The notes: generated from the letters alone by a model not told the origin. Counted from the first letter of the stretch, positions 38,616-49,131 are shown. The stretch: 64,000 bases of DNA from Neoconidiobolus thromboides FSU 785 (GCA_025603075.1 MU626286.1:62001-126000); one strand, 5' to 3'. Program-made: numbers and translations.

Positions 38616-39756
38616 ATAAAACTTATTAAATAAAATACTATAAATAAAACAATACTATAATTGCCTTCAATTGATATCATTGTTACATTAGTAGTTAAAA
38701 TCAAACTGAATCATAGTATTTTGGTAGATATTTATACTTATTTGATTATTGGTTGATGTAAATTAAGTATATAACAAAATAAATTTTAACAAGGTCATCA
38801 TCATCATCTTGTTTTAAAAAGCTCGATGAGGTTTTATCATTATTATAAAATGTAGTTAGAAAGTTTATTAAGATATCAACGCAAGTTGACCTGTATCTAA
38901 ATAGCAAGCTGTAGTTTATACTGACTATTTGATAAAAACTAGTCCATGACTAGCTGAATATATCGAAATATCTGTTTTTGTTTCTTTATTTCATGTATTA
39001 TGAAATATAAAATCTATATTATTGTTAGTTAAATCCTTAAAACACATCACAAATTATTTTTAAATTGACATACAATTATTATCTACTGTTCAAGTTTTGA
39101 GTTGAAAAAACATTGTTCCAGATTTTAAGCAAATATTATCAGCTTTGAGAGCTTTGTATAGAACTCCTTGATGTCTTTCAAAATATCATAGTTTGCACTA
39201 CTGAAATAAAATCTGAGCAAATTATTTACTTTGTCACTGCTACATTCATTTAATATAAAATGATGAAAAACAAAATGATTAGAATAAAAGTATTAAAAAA
39301 AATAGCAAATTACAAAGTTTGCCTACACTTAAGTTATTTTAGCAATATAAAATAAAAATTAGTGAATAGCTATTAAATTCGGAAATTCAAATTAGAACTT
39401 AAATAGAAAATGCTATATTAAAATTGATAAAGTGATGTTATACTTCTCAATTTTGTGTTCTTCATCTAATAGCTCCATAAATAGATTATTATTTTACCAT
39501 CATCTCTTCTTGATTGCCTGTATTACCCCTCTTTTTGGAATCCACCCCTTCAACTAAATTTTCATAACTCCTCTTACTCATTTCATTATGGCTCTCTTAT
39601 GGAACAAATCGTTACCCGACTTAGGTAAAGATCAAAGAAAACATAAACCATTGTAGTAAACTACATGTGTTTTCAAACAAAAAGTAAAAGAATCAAAATA
39701 ATTAATTAAAATATAAGTTTATTAATATACAATAACAATTAGATTGAGAGAGAGAA

Positions 39757-41415
39757 TTAATGTTTTTTACTTTCGAGCTTTAACTCACCTTGTAAAATTA
39801 AGTTTTCTCCTTCATGCTTGAGCTCTTCTTTATGCAATAACTTTCCTAATAATACTTTAGCTTTTCCTTTGAGTTTATCAGTGTGACCACCTGAGTTTCT
39901 TTTGTCATTTGGATCATGGCCATCAACATGATGATCCTTATTACCTATAGCGCTATGATCTTTGGTATTTGTAACTTTGTTTTCAGTTCTTAACACACTG
40001 GTTTCTTTGTGATCTAGATTTACATTGTTATTTAATGGATTGGCTTTAGCAACATCATCTGGTTTTGTTCCAACATGAATAGGGTCATTAGTGGCAATAT
40101 CATCTATATTACATTTACCATTATCATTTAAAGCCCCATCTTTGGTACCATGTAACTTAGCATCATGAGCTTTGTTATCATGTACTGTAGTATTGTGCAA
40201 TTTATTATCATGTACTTTAGTAGTATCCGATTCAGGATTAGGTACATTTGAGCTAGCAATAAGAGGATTGACGCTAGAAACTGCAGTTCCAGTTCCAGCA
40301 ATTGCAGCAGATGGGATAACAGAATGCTTTACTTTACTATTATGACTCTCTTGATGAATACCATGAGCATGGCTATCATGTCTCAAATCATGACTATCTT
40401 TCTCATGCTTTAATGTGTGACCATGTTTGTTATGGGTTGAATCATGTTGTACCTTTGAAGCATCAGGGTAATGAGTATCAATTATACCAGGCATTGGAGT
40501 CGCTGCTAAACCGGTTAACTTTTTTTCACCAGTATGGATATGAGGATGAGATTTATGTTCATCATCGTTAACATTATTAGTACCTGTAATTGATACATGA
40601 TGTTTATTATCAAGATCTCCATTTGAATTAACTGGGTAATTAGTATCTCTTACACCGTTATTTAAATGATGATCTTCTGTACTATTATTATGAAATTTGT
40701 CACTGATGGTATTGTTTAATGCTGGATTATTATGCTCAAATGGCTGGTTTTTGAACTCTTCGTTTGTAATATCTTCTGGGATTGGCTTAAAATTATTAGA
40801 GGTAACACCGTTATTATTTAAGTTGTCATGATGGCCAGCAGTGTTAGAAATACTATTTAAATTACCATGAGTATTAGACGTAGCCCCAATGTTGTTTAAA
40901 TTGTTATGGTTATCAGCAGTAACAAGGTTACTATTTAAATTTTTCTGGTTAGAAGTAGTAGAATTACTATTTAAGTTGTCATGGTGATTAATAGTAGAAG
41001 GAATGCCGTTTAAATCGCTATTATGATTATTGTTATCAAGGTTGATATTTAAATTAGTACGGTTATCACCAGTGGTAGTAAAACTATTTGATTTGTTATG
41101 TTGATTGCTATTAGTGGTGCTATCTAAATTGATATGATGGTTAGTAGGAGAAAGTTTACTATTTAAATTATGATGATTAGTAGTAGCGGTGGTAGGATTG
41201 TTACTTAAATCAGCATCTTCATTACCAGTAATACGGTTATCACTTAAACTAAGATTATCATTATTTAAAGCTCCATAGTTACCAGTAGTAGTAGTAGTAC
41301 CATTTAAACCATCGGTATGACCGAATGCAGAATTTGTGGTGTTAGAAATATTATCTTTAGGATATTCCGAGTTAAGGTGGTGGCTTTGAGTGTTGTTATT
41401 TTCTGTAAGATTCAT
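39757..41415 (-). CDS. Asn/His-rich low-complexity protein with a CsbD-like C-terminal motif
   Basis: 552-aa intronless ORF, hydrophilic throughout; ends DKLKGKAKVLLGKLLHKEELKHEG, resembling CsbD-type stress proteins. Confidence 0.75.
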   Translation of the reverse strand: MNLTENNNTQSHHLNSEYPKDNISNTTNSAFGHTDGLNGTTTTTGNYGALNNDNLSLSDNRITGNEDADLSNNPTTATTNHHNLNSKLSPTNHHINLDSTTNSNQHNKSNSFTTTGDNRTNLNINLDNNNHNSDLNGIPSTINHHDNLNSNSTTSNQKNLNSNLVTADNHNNLNNIGATSNTHGNLNSISNTAGHHDNLNNNGVTSNNFKPIPEDITNEEFKNQPFEHNNPALNNTISDKFHNNSTEDHHLNNGVRDTNYPVNSNGDLDNKHHVSITGTNNVNDDEHKSHPHIHTGEKKLTGLAATPMPGIIDTHYPDASKVQHDSTHNKHGHTLKHEKDSHDLRHDSHAHGIHQESHNSKVKHSVIPSAAIAGTGTAVSSVNPLIASSNVPNPESDTTKVHDNKLHNTTVHDNKAHDAKLHGTKDGALNDNGKCNIDDIATNDPIHVGTKPDDVAKANPLNNNVNLDHKETSVLRTENKVTNTKDHSAIGNKDHHVDGHDPNDKRNSGGHTDKLKGKAKVLLGKLLHKEELKHEGENLILQGELKLESKKH

Positions 41416-41489
41416 TTTGATTATTTATTTTTTATAAAGTATGCAATGCCCATTTGTTTATATACTATAGTTTTAGACATTCAATTTTA

Positions 41490-41497
41490 TGACGTAA
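41490..41497 (-). promoter_or_regulatory. ATF/CRE-type site (TTACGTCA on the minus strand)
   Basis: TGACGTAA about 75 bp upstream of the ATG at 41415, with a TATA-like TTTATAAA at about 41431-41438. Confidence 0.45.
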
Positions 41498-42680
41498 CTG
41501 AATGCGATCAGAGTTTAGATAGATGTAAAAATGACCTCATTTTTTAAAAGATTATTGAGTTTATGTAAGTTGATAATGTTATTTAATGGATGATTATTCT
41601 CACTACAATAACTATTACAAAAGTTTGTGATTTTAATTGATGAATTTGTACCAGTATATTATTTTTATTACAATGCTGTTTTGAATAAAGCTTATTAGTC
41701 TAAATTTTATATTATATTATTTTAATATCGAACTACTAATATAAAAATAGTAGTAATTAAAGGCCTGTCAATGACAAATATGAGCTTGTCTAAAGATATC
41801 AAAATTTTATGCCAGTAAAAAACCTGATATTTACAACTTATGACTACTTCATTACTTATATTATATCAATCAAAACTTTATATTTTTAATATTTTTGTTT
41901 ATTTTTAAACTTTAACCTTAAATTTAAAAATTCGGTTTTATTACCAATTATGAGATCACTTTAATTATTTTGTTAAAAATGTTTTAGATCATTTTAATTT
42001 TAAATTTCTAATTTACTATAAATATTTTGTTGTTACAAAAGGGCTAATATGATTGGTTCTTTCATGATTTTAAATGTTTATTAAAAATAAGAGTATAATA
42101 TTGTTTTATAAGTAATAATTCTATTTTAATATAAATTTTTATCTAGAATGTAGCTTCAAAGTGTAAGTCAAAAGTTTTATACTCTTTTTTTTTTCATTGT
42201 AAAGTGTTTATAAAGGATACAACATCTGCTTTTATTAAATAAACTAGTATACATTAATATTGATTTTTTGTATCCTGCTATAATTTATATTTCCGTTTGA
42301 TGATTTTTTAGTAAATAAGGTTTTAAAAAAGATTTAGAGTTCAAATTTACCTCAAATTACATACTTTCTATTAATTTACTGTAGATAAAAACAGTTTTGA
42401 GGGTTATTAAGGGGATGAGACAAGATATATCAACTGTTTAAACAAGGTCAACTTTTTCTAACAAAAAACCGTGTAAATAAAACCTCTGAATACTTCCAAG
42501 CTCCAATTTGGTCATTTTTAGTAAATGGTTCTTATTTTCTTATCGTACGATGTATATTCTAAGTTTTACTAGAAAATTCAAATTGTAGATCTGAAACTAT
42601 ATTTGTATATTTAGGTTTTAAGAACTTGTTAAAAATCCATATTACCTGTGTTTTTCTCGAAAAGTTTTCAAATAGAACAT

Positions 42681-42751
42681 TGACACATCATTTCTTTTCG
42701 ATGAGATCCGTGACATCATCATGATGAATCAAAAATATTAGAGTATATAAA
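42681..42751 (+). promoter_or_regulatory. Conserved promoter module TGACACATCA / GTGACATCA / TATA, paralog 1
   Basis: Same motif order is present upstream of the paralog at 44381-44458. Confidence 0.55.
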
Positions 42752-42793
42752 CAGAATGTAAATGTGTTAGAAGGTAAATAAAATAAAAACAAC

Positions 42794-43879
42794 ATGTATA
42801 GTGAAAATCAAGATCAATTAAATTACACTCATAACAAGGATTCTAATTTGAATAACCTTGACTCCAACCAAGCCCATACCACAGGCCCCACTGTTGTAAA
42901 GAATCCCACTTATAATAACAACGTTAACTCATCCAATACTACTGGTATAAGTAGTAATCCAACCCACAAACAATACAATGATTTAAATTCGGTGTCATAT
43001 AATCCTAATAATACCAATGACCTTAATAATCTTAATACTGCCACTGCCACTGCCGCGAGTGGTAAACCAAGTAACAACCATCTCAACAATTTGAATTCAG
43101 AGACATACAATAGTAATACTGTTAACACCAGTACCACCAACCATAGTTATACCCCAAGCGAGACCCAGAATAGCACCACGTTTAATAACTCTAGTAATAA
43201 CCCCGGATTAAGCAATAACCTTGATAATTCCTTTGGCGCCAATAAGTATAATAGCCAATACAGTAATAACAATGAAGCTTACGATCATGAACGTGTTAAT
43301 CCTAATACCAATATCCATTCTATCAATAATCAAGCCCATGGAAATAATACTTTAGCTGATCCTATTAATGATCATAGTAGAGTCAATAATAATCTTGACC
43401 ATTCTAATCCTGGCGATAAGCATCATAATAACCACTCTAATCATGGCAAAACTCATGGAACAGCACTAGGTAGCATGGCTATTGCTATGGGTGCTAATTC
43501 GGCAGATATGGCTTGTGTTATGGCATCTCAAGAAGAAAGCAGACAGCATGAAAATCAACTCAATGATTTTAATCAAACTCATCCAAATCAACAACATAAT
43601 GATTTGAATCAAACTCATGGTAATACTCATACTACTCAATCACATAACATGAACCATAGTAATTTAAATAAACATGACAATAGTTTAAATCAAACTCACA
43701 ACAATAACCTAAATCAGACTCATCCAAATCAACAATATAATGATTTGAATCAAACCCATAGTAACACTCATACTACACAACCACACCACAAGGTAGATCA
43801 CAGTGATACTAAAGATCATAAGGAGAGCGGTATTAAAGAAAAAGTGAAGCATGCTATTGATAAAGTATTTCACCATTAA
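42794..43879 (+). CDS. Asn-rich hydrophilic protein with a dehydrin/LEA-like C-terminal helix, paralog 1
   Basis: 361-aa intronless ORF with repeated LNQTHPNQQ(H/Y)NDLNQTH; ends ESGIKEKVKHAIDKVFHH. Confidence 0.8.
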   Translation: MYSENQDQLNYTHNKDSNLNNLDSNQAHTTGPTVVKNPTYNNNVNSSNTTGISSNPTHKQYNDLNSVSYNPNNTNDLNNLNTATATAASGKPSNNHLNNLNSETYNSNTVNTSTTNHSYTPSETQNSTTFNNSSNNPGLSNNLDNSFGANKYNSQYSNNNEAYDHERVNPNTNIHSINNQAHGNNTLADPINDHSRVNNNLDHSNPGDKHHNNHSNHGKTHGTALGSMAIAMGANSADMACVMASQEESRQHENQLNDFNQTHPNQQHNDLNQTHGNTHTTQSHNMNHSNLNKHDNSLNQTHNNNLNQTHPNQQYNDLNQTHSNTHTTQPHHKVDHSDTKDHKESGIKEKVKHAIDKVFHH

Positions 43880-43980
43880 GTTTAAGTTTTTGTAAATAAA
43901 TAATTTATGCTGTAATTTTGTTTTTAGTTTTTATTATAATTTTAATCATATTTTTATAATTGAAGCAATAATACAACTAA

Positions 43981-44066
43981 ATATTTTGTCTGTGTTCTTT
44001 ATCAGTTTTTCTACTCAATAGTGCTTAAAATAAGGAAGAATAAATTAAAATGAAAAAGTTATAGTC
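43981..44066 (+). mobile_element. Degenerate MITE-like element, copy 11
   Basis: CAGTTTTTCTACTCAATAGTGCTTAAAATAAGGAAGAATAA matches the element core; ends are lost. Confidence 0.55.
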
Positions 44067-44380
44067 CTATTTTTTATTTTAGTTTAAAATGGTCCCTATA
44101 AATTTTAAGTTATTGAGACGATAGGTAGCCATTTATCAGCTGTCTAAACAAGGTACATTTTTAATAATGAAAACTAAAATAACAATATCTTATCATGTTT
44201 TCCTCATTAAACCCTCAGTTATCTTTAACTATTCAAGGTTCTTATCATTTTTATCGTATGATTATTATTTCAATTCTACTGAAAGATAAAAATCCTTGAT
44301 TTAGAACTCCATATTTTTTGTATTGTTGAGTTTCTTATGTTTCATGTATTTTTCATGATAATAAGCTTTTAGAAAAAATA

Positions 44381-44458
44381 GTGACACATCATTCTCATTT
44401 TTTTGAAAAAAATCGTGACATCACCATGATAAGATAAGAAAATCCAAGTATATATAAA
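44381..44458 (+). promoter_or_regulatory. Conserved promoter module, paralog 2
   Basis: GTGACACATCA at 44381, GTGACATCA at 44415, TATATATAAA at 44449. Confidence 0.55.
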
Positions 44459-44503
44459 ATGCAAGAAAATGAGTAAGAAAATGAAAAATAAAATAAAATC
44501 AAT

Positions 44504-45358
44504 ATGAATAATCAAAATCAATTAAGCTCTACCCATAAGAAGGATACTAGTTTAAGTAACCTTGACTCTAACCAAGCTTATTCTACTGGTTCTCAACTTA
44601 GCTCTGGCTTAAACTCGGAGATGTACAATGCTAATAATAATAGTAATCTTAATGCTACCAATATTTCTACTGCTACTGCTGCAAGTAGTAAACCAAAAAA
44701 TAGTTATCTCGATAACTTAAATTCTGAGATGTTTAATAATAGTAAGGCTAATACTAGTAACACTAATCTTAGCTATATTCCAAGTGAGACCCAAAATAAC
44801 AGCTCATTGAATAATTCTAATAATAAGACTGGGTTGAACAGGAACTCTGATGACCCTTTTAAAGGTAATAAGCACAATAATAATCAATATAGCAATGCCA
44901 AATTATCTGGATCAGTAATTGATAATACTGCTGCCATGAGTGTCAATTCACAAGATATTGCTTCTTCTATAACTGCCCAAGAAAAGGATAACATAAATAA
45001 TAATCAATATAACAGCAATGAAACTTATAATAGTAACCAATATAATAATACTAAACCATCTGGATCAGTAATTGATAATACTGCTGCCATGAGTGTTAAT
45101 TCACAAGATATTGCTTCTTCTATAACTGCTCAAGAAAAGGATAAAAAGCATAATACCCAATATAATAATAATCAAGCTCATAGTAATGAACGTATTAATG
45201 CTGATAGTAATATTCATTCTATTAACAGTCAGACCCATACCAATACTAATACTACTCAATCACATAATGTGGATCATAATAATATAGATAAGCATCATGA
45301 GGAAGGTGGTATTAAAGAAAAGGTAAAAAATGTTATCGATAAAGTATTCCACAGCTAA
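44504..45358 (+). CDS. Asn-rich hydrophilic protein, paralog 2
   Basis: 284-aa ORF colinear with 42794-43879 (NLDSNQA, TATAAS.KP, PSETQN); ends EGGIKEKVKNVIDKVFHS. Confidence 0.8.
   Translation: MNNQNQLSSTHKKDTSLSNLDSNQAYSTGSQLSSGLNSEMYNANNNSNLNATNISTATAASSKPKNSYLDNLNSEMFNNSKANTSNTNLSYIPSETQNNSSLNNSNNKTGLNRNSDDPFKGNKHNNNQYSNAKLSGSVIDNTAAMSVNSQDIASSITAQEKDNINNNQYNSNETYNSNQYNNTKPSGSVIDNTAAMSVNSQDIASSITAQEKDKKHNTQYNNNQAHSNERINADSNIHSINSQTHTNTNTTQSHNVDHNNIDKHHEEGGIKEKVKNVIDKVFHS
44905..45144 (+). repeat. Intragenic ~87-bp direct repeat, two copies 153 nt apart
   Basis: ATCTGGATCAGTAATTGATAATACTGCTGCCATGAGTGT...GAAAAGGATA at about 44905 and 45058, encoding SGSVIDNTAAMSVNSQDIASSITAQEKD twice. Confidence 0.9.
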
Positions 45359-45769
45359 TATTTGCAAACAAATAATTTGTATTGTAATTCTATCATAATT
45401 TTTATTTAAAGTGATAAAACTTTATAAAGCAATAAATTAAAAATAAAGGCAATAATAAAAAGGCAATAATTTATTTATATTACAAATAAAGTTAGGTTAT
45501 AGTTATGTTAAATTTACTTCTAATTTGTATGATAAGTTAAATAATTTAGACATTACTAATATGATTTTTCCATTTAATAATAATGGCCGTAATACTTGAC
45601 CAGCTAAGATAATCTTTTGAAGTAAAATATATCAAAGTAATTAATTATAAATAGCTGTTTTGATCCATAATAAACCAACCTTTATGATTACTAGAGCAAC
45701 TATTAAATAACCCTTAGATATTGAAGTAAGTAAATATAAACTGCGAGTATAATAATATAATAATAGCTT

Positions 45770-46320
45770 ATTTACCTTTATATCTTTTCTCTAAATTAAA
45801 TAAGCTCTGATATACATGGGTTTTCACTAAGTACTTTAATTCATTAAGATCATTCCATTGAATTTTTCATAAGAAATTAATATCTAAGGGCAAATCTTCT
45901 TTATCTGAAGTTCTAAATACATTATATTTAATTAACTTATGCCAACTACTCTCCGTAATATCTATTTTATTACCAATTTTATAATAAATCCTACCATTTG
46001 CTCCCTATTGTGTTAATTTCAGTATACCATTAGTACCATAATTGTTTTTATTGTCATTTCTTCCTCTAGATGGCAATGTTACATAAGCATATAACTCACC
46101 TAATTTTTGATCCTAATTTCTTATCTTTCTTTAATTATAAATCCGTTTTAATTTCTCAACAACCTTTGGTTTTAACTCTAGTAACAATGAAGCAACAGAT
46201 TTCTCACTGTGACTGGCATCGCTATCTTCATCATCCGAATTTAGTAAAATATCCAATTCCTTAACACTGATGACTACAAGTTTATTTGAACATGAAGAGA
46301 AGGGTTGGATTAAATCATAA
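45770..46320 (-). pseudogene. Decayed coding frame of unknown origin
   Basis: One frame of about 180 codons (YDLIQPFSSC...SDDEDSD...QSLFNLEKRYKGK) with four internal stops. Confidence 0.4.
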
Positions 46321-46738
46321 GATTAATGTCTTTTATTAGAGTTTAGTTGATATAAATTTAAGATTTATCTATTTGTATTACCATAATCATGGGCCCATTA
46401 AGCTTGTTATTTGGGCTTTTATTAAATGATTCACATTCATTTTCGTTCCTATTCCCACTCCCAATTGAATAATCATATCCATAAATACTCTGTCTCTCCT
46501 CTCTCCTACCAATGTTCTTATATTCTTCACAACCATCTTGATATTGGCCTATTATAATCCACTTCCGTCTTAATCAATCTCTTACAATATTTCCCTTTAT
46601 TATCAAAATAAACATAACATCTCATTATATGGTCATTCTATTCTAAACAGACATACATAGAAACAAAATAAAATATACATCTACCCTGAGGATCTTTTAA
46701 ACTTAAATTCATCTCAAAGTGAAGATAGTAAAAAAGTA

Positions 46739-46844
46739 TATGGGGGTGTTTTTTTTAGTTTCATTACTTTTCTCTATTTTTTAAGCACTATTTGAGTAAA
46801 AAAGCTATTAGTAAAATTCTTAAACAAAAAAATACATCCCCATA
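46739..46844 (-). mobile_element. MITE-like element, copy 12
   Basis: TATGGGGGTGTTTTTTTT...AGTAAAATTCTTAAACAAAAAAATACATCCCCATA. Confidence 0.88.
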
Positions 46845-47158
46845 TAAATTTGAAAGAATTCTGATTTTAATATTATTCCGGATTATGAAAGATTCATAGT
46901 TGTTACATTGATAAGTTAGATTCCTAGTCAATGCATTAATATATAATGTTTTTTATGACTATTGATGCTTAAGGCTACTTTAGAGTAATAGTCTCTTCAC
47001 TTATTTCTTTATCTTTATTTGTTATAACATTATCTTTTGCACCCTGGTTTTGGTTTACCATTCTTTATTTTTCCTACTTTGTTTATCTAAATTAACTAAA
47101 TAGCTTAGCTAATAAATAAATAAATAAATACAAACAATTCAAATAGAAATAGTTAACA

Positions 47159-47263
47159 TATGGGGATGTATTTTTGTGTTTAAGAATTTTACTAACAAAT
47201 TTTCCGCTTAAATAACACTTAAAAAATGGAAAAAATAATGAAGTCAAAAAAGACACTCCCATA
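47159..47263 (+). mobile_element. MITE-like element, copy 13
   Basis: TATGGGGATGTATTTTTGTGTTTAAGAATTTTACTAAC...AGACACTCCCATA. Confidence 0.88.
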
Positions 47264-47697
47264 TATTAAACTATTTTTTAATATTTTTTAATATTTTTTA
47301 GCAATTTCAATACTAACTATAATAGCTAATTCAAAGCCCAATATTTAAAATAAAATAAATTAAAACTTAATGAAAACAGTTAAATTATCTTTTATTCATA
47401 AAAGTATAAGTGTTAAATTGTTTTTATTTTATAATAAATTAAAACATTGATTTTTACAAATTTTATCATTGACGCTACCCTCTATTATTAATAATTATAA
47501 AATATCAATGACTTTGGAACAAAAAACATAAACTACATTAACGTCATAAACTATAGTCTACAAATTATGAAAATTAGTTAGATCTTGTCTATATAATAGC
47601 TATAAAATTATTGAACTTTATTGATATAAAACCATTTCTTGCATCAATCAATTTGCTAGTAATTTTATATATTTTTTGTGTTATTTATTCATAGTAG

Positions 47698-47779
47698 GAC
47701 ACTTTGGCCGAGCGGTTAAGGCGTGAGCCTAGAAAGCTCATGGGGTTTCCCCGCGCAGGTTCAAATCCTGCAGGTGTCG
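47698..47779 (+). tRNA. tRNA-Ser, anticodon AGA, intronless
   Basis: Acceptor stem GACACTT/AGGTGTC, D-arm TGGCCGAGCGGTTAAGGC, anticodon arm TGAGC-CTAGAAA-GCTCA, long variable arm, T-arm GCAGGTTCAAATCCTGC. Confidence 0.96.
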
Positions 47780-47783
47780 TCCC

Positions 47784-47789
47784 TTTTTT
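47784..47789 (+). terminator. Pol III terminator (T6)
   Basis: T-run 4 nt after the tRNA 3' end. Confidence 0.8.
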
Positions 47790-48050
47790 AACCTAAGGGG
47801 GGGATATAGGTCAGTTACCAATTATTCTTTTTTGGGATTTTTAAAAGAGTTTAAATTTACAGCTAAACCCTGATATATTTTTTAAATCTAAGTTTAAATT
47901 ATTATAATTTTTTGTTTTTAAAACTCCTGATTTGGCTATTAAATATAATTTTATTTTTTTATCATTTTATTTTGTTTCTTATTAACAAAGTTTTTTAATA
48001 CATTAATTTAATAATTATATTATAAAATTATAGCTGTTGTATTTTTTGTA

Positions 48051-48155
48051 TATGAGAGTGTTTTTTTTTACTTCATTATTTCTTCCATTTTTTAAGCGCT
48101 ATTTAAGCGGAAAATTTATTAGTAAAATTCTTAAACACAAAAATACATCCCCATA
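48051..48155 (-). mobile_element. MITE-like element, copy 14
   Basis: TATGAGAGTGTTTTTTTT...AAGCGCTATTTAAGCGG...ATACATCCCCATA. Confidence 0.87.
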
Positions 48156-48430
48156 TAATACTTTAGTTTAAAAAAACTTTAATATAATAGCTTTTTTTGA
48201 AACTTTATTAAACTTAATTTAACAAGCTTTTTTTGTTTTTTAACTATATTTATTATTATTAATAAAACAAATTATTCTTCCATTTATTTCATATAACCTT
48301 TTTGATTACTCTATATTATTTTATTTATTTCTAAGCTTATTTTAATTTTTAAACTAAGATTTTATGATTTATTGTAAACAGTTAATTAAAAACAGTATAA
48401 ATCATCAATTATAAAAATAACTATTAATTA

Positions 48431-48533
48431 ATATAAAAGTATTTTTTTAGCTTTATCACTTTTTCTATCTTTTAAACATTATTAAGCAGAAAAATTATTA
48501 ATAAAATTTCAAATAAAGGAATACATCTCTATA
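48431..48533 (-). mobile_element. Degenerate MITE-like element, copy 15
   Basis: TTTATCACTTTTTCTATCTTTTAAACATTATTAAGCAGAAAAATTATTAATAAAATTTC...ATACATCTCTATA. Confidence 0.6.
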
Positions 48534-48552
48534 TATTAGAAAGTATGTTTAA

Positions 48553-48652
48553 TATGAAAATGTATTTTTTTAAAGAATTTCACTAACACTCTTTCTGTTG
48601 AAATAGGGCTTAAAAAATGGAAAAAGTGATAAAATTAAAAAAACATTCATAT
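48553..48652 (+). mobile_element. Degenerate MITE-like element, copy 16
   Basis: TATGAAAATGTATTTTTTTAAAGAATTTCACTAAC...AAATAGGGCTTAAAAAATGGAAAAAGTGA. Confidence 0.65.
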
Positions 48653-48723
48653 ATATCATTTGCTTTAAATAATATGGTTTTTTTAATGCCAGATTTTAAA
48701 AAAGTGAGTAATATTAATCTACA

Positions 48724-48829
48724 TAAGGGAGGTGTATTTTTGTATTTAAGAATTTTACTAAAAATCTTTCGGCTCAAATAGCGCTTAAAAGATAGAGAAA
48801 GTAATGAAACCAAAAAAAACATCCCCATA
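48724..48829 (+). mobile_element. MITE-like element, copy 17
   Basis: TAAGGGAGGTGTATTTTTG...CTCAAATAGCGCTTAAAAG...AAACATCCCCATA. Confidence 0.87.
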
Positions 48830-49031
48830 ACCTATTGCAAAATAACTATAAAGGAACAAGGAATTGGTGAAAGAAAATAGCAAGCTTACCCTCAAGCAAT
48901 GATGAATTTTATTTATTTAATAAAGTTGATTAATAAAGTTTGAGCTTAACTTTTTATTTTTTTTTATTTTTTCAATTAAACGAGTACAAATACAACTTTT
49001 TTCAGTAAATACCAAACAAGTTATTTCATGA

Positions 49032-49131
49032 TATAGGGATGTTTTTTTAACTTCATCACTTTTTCCTTTCAAGCGCTATTTGAGTGGAAAAACTGTTAGT
49101 AAAATTCTTAAACACAAAAAAACATCCTCAT
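49032..49131 (-). mobile_element. MITE-like element, copy 18
   Basis: TATAGGGATGTTTTTTT...AAGCGCTATTTGAGTGGAAAAAC...AAACATCCTCAT. Confidence 0.85.

Noticed and set aside
48610-48828. 72-aa ORF (MGMFFLVSLL...)
   Set aside because: Chance frame running through MITE copies 16-17. ORF 7071-7283 likewise starts inside copy 2.
6365-49131. CRISPR array or SINE interpretation of the dispersed repeat
   Set aside because: Copies are dispersed, in both orientations, without regular spacers or cas genes. No Pol III A/B boxes or poly-A tail, and internal T-runs would stop Pol III.
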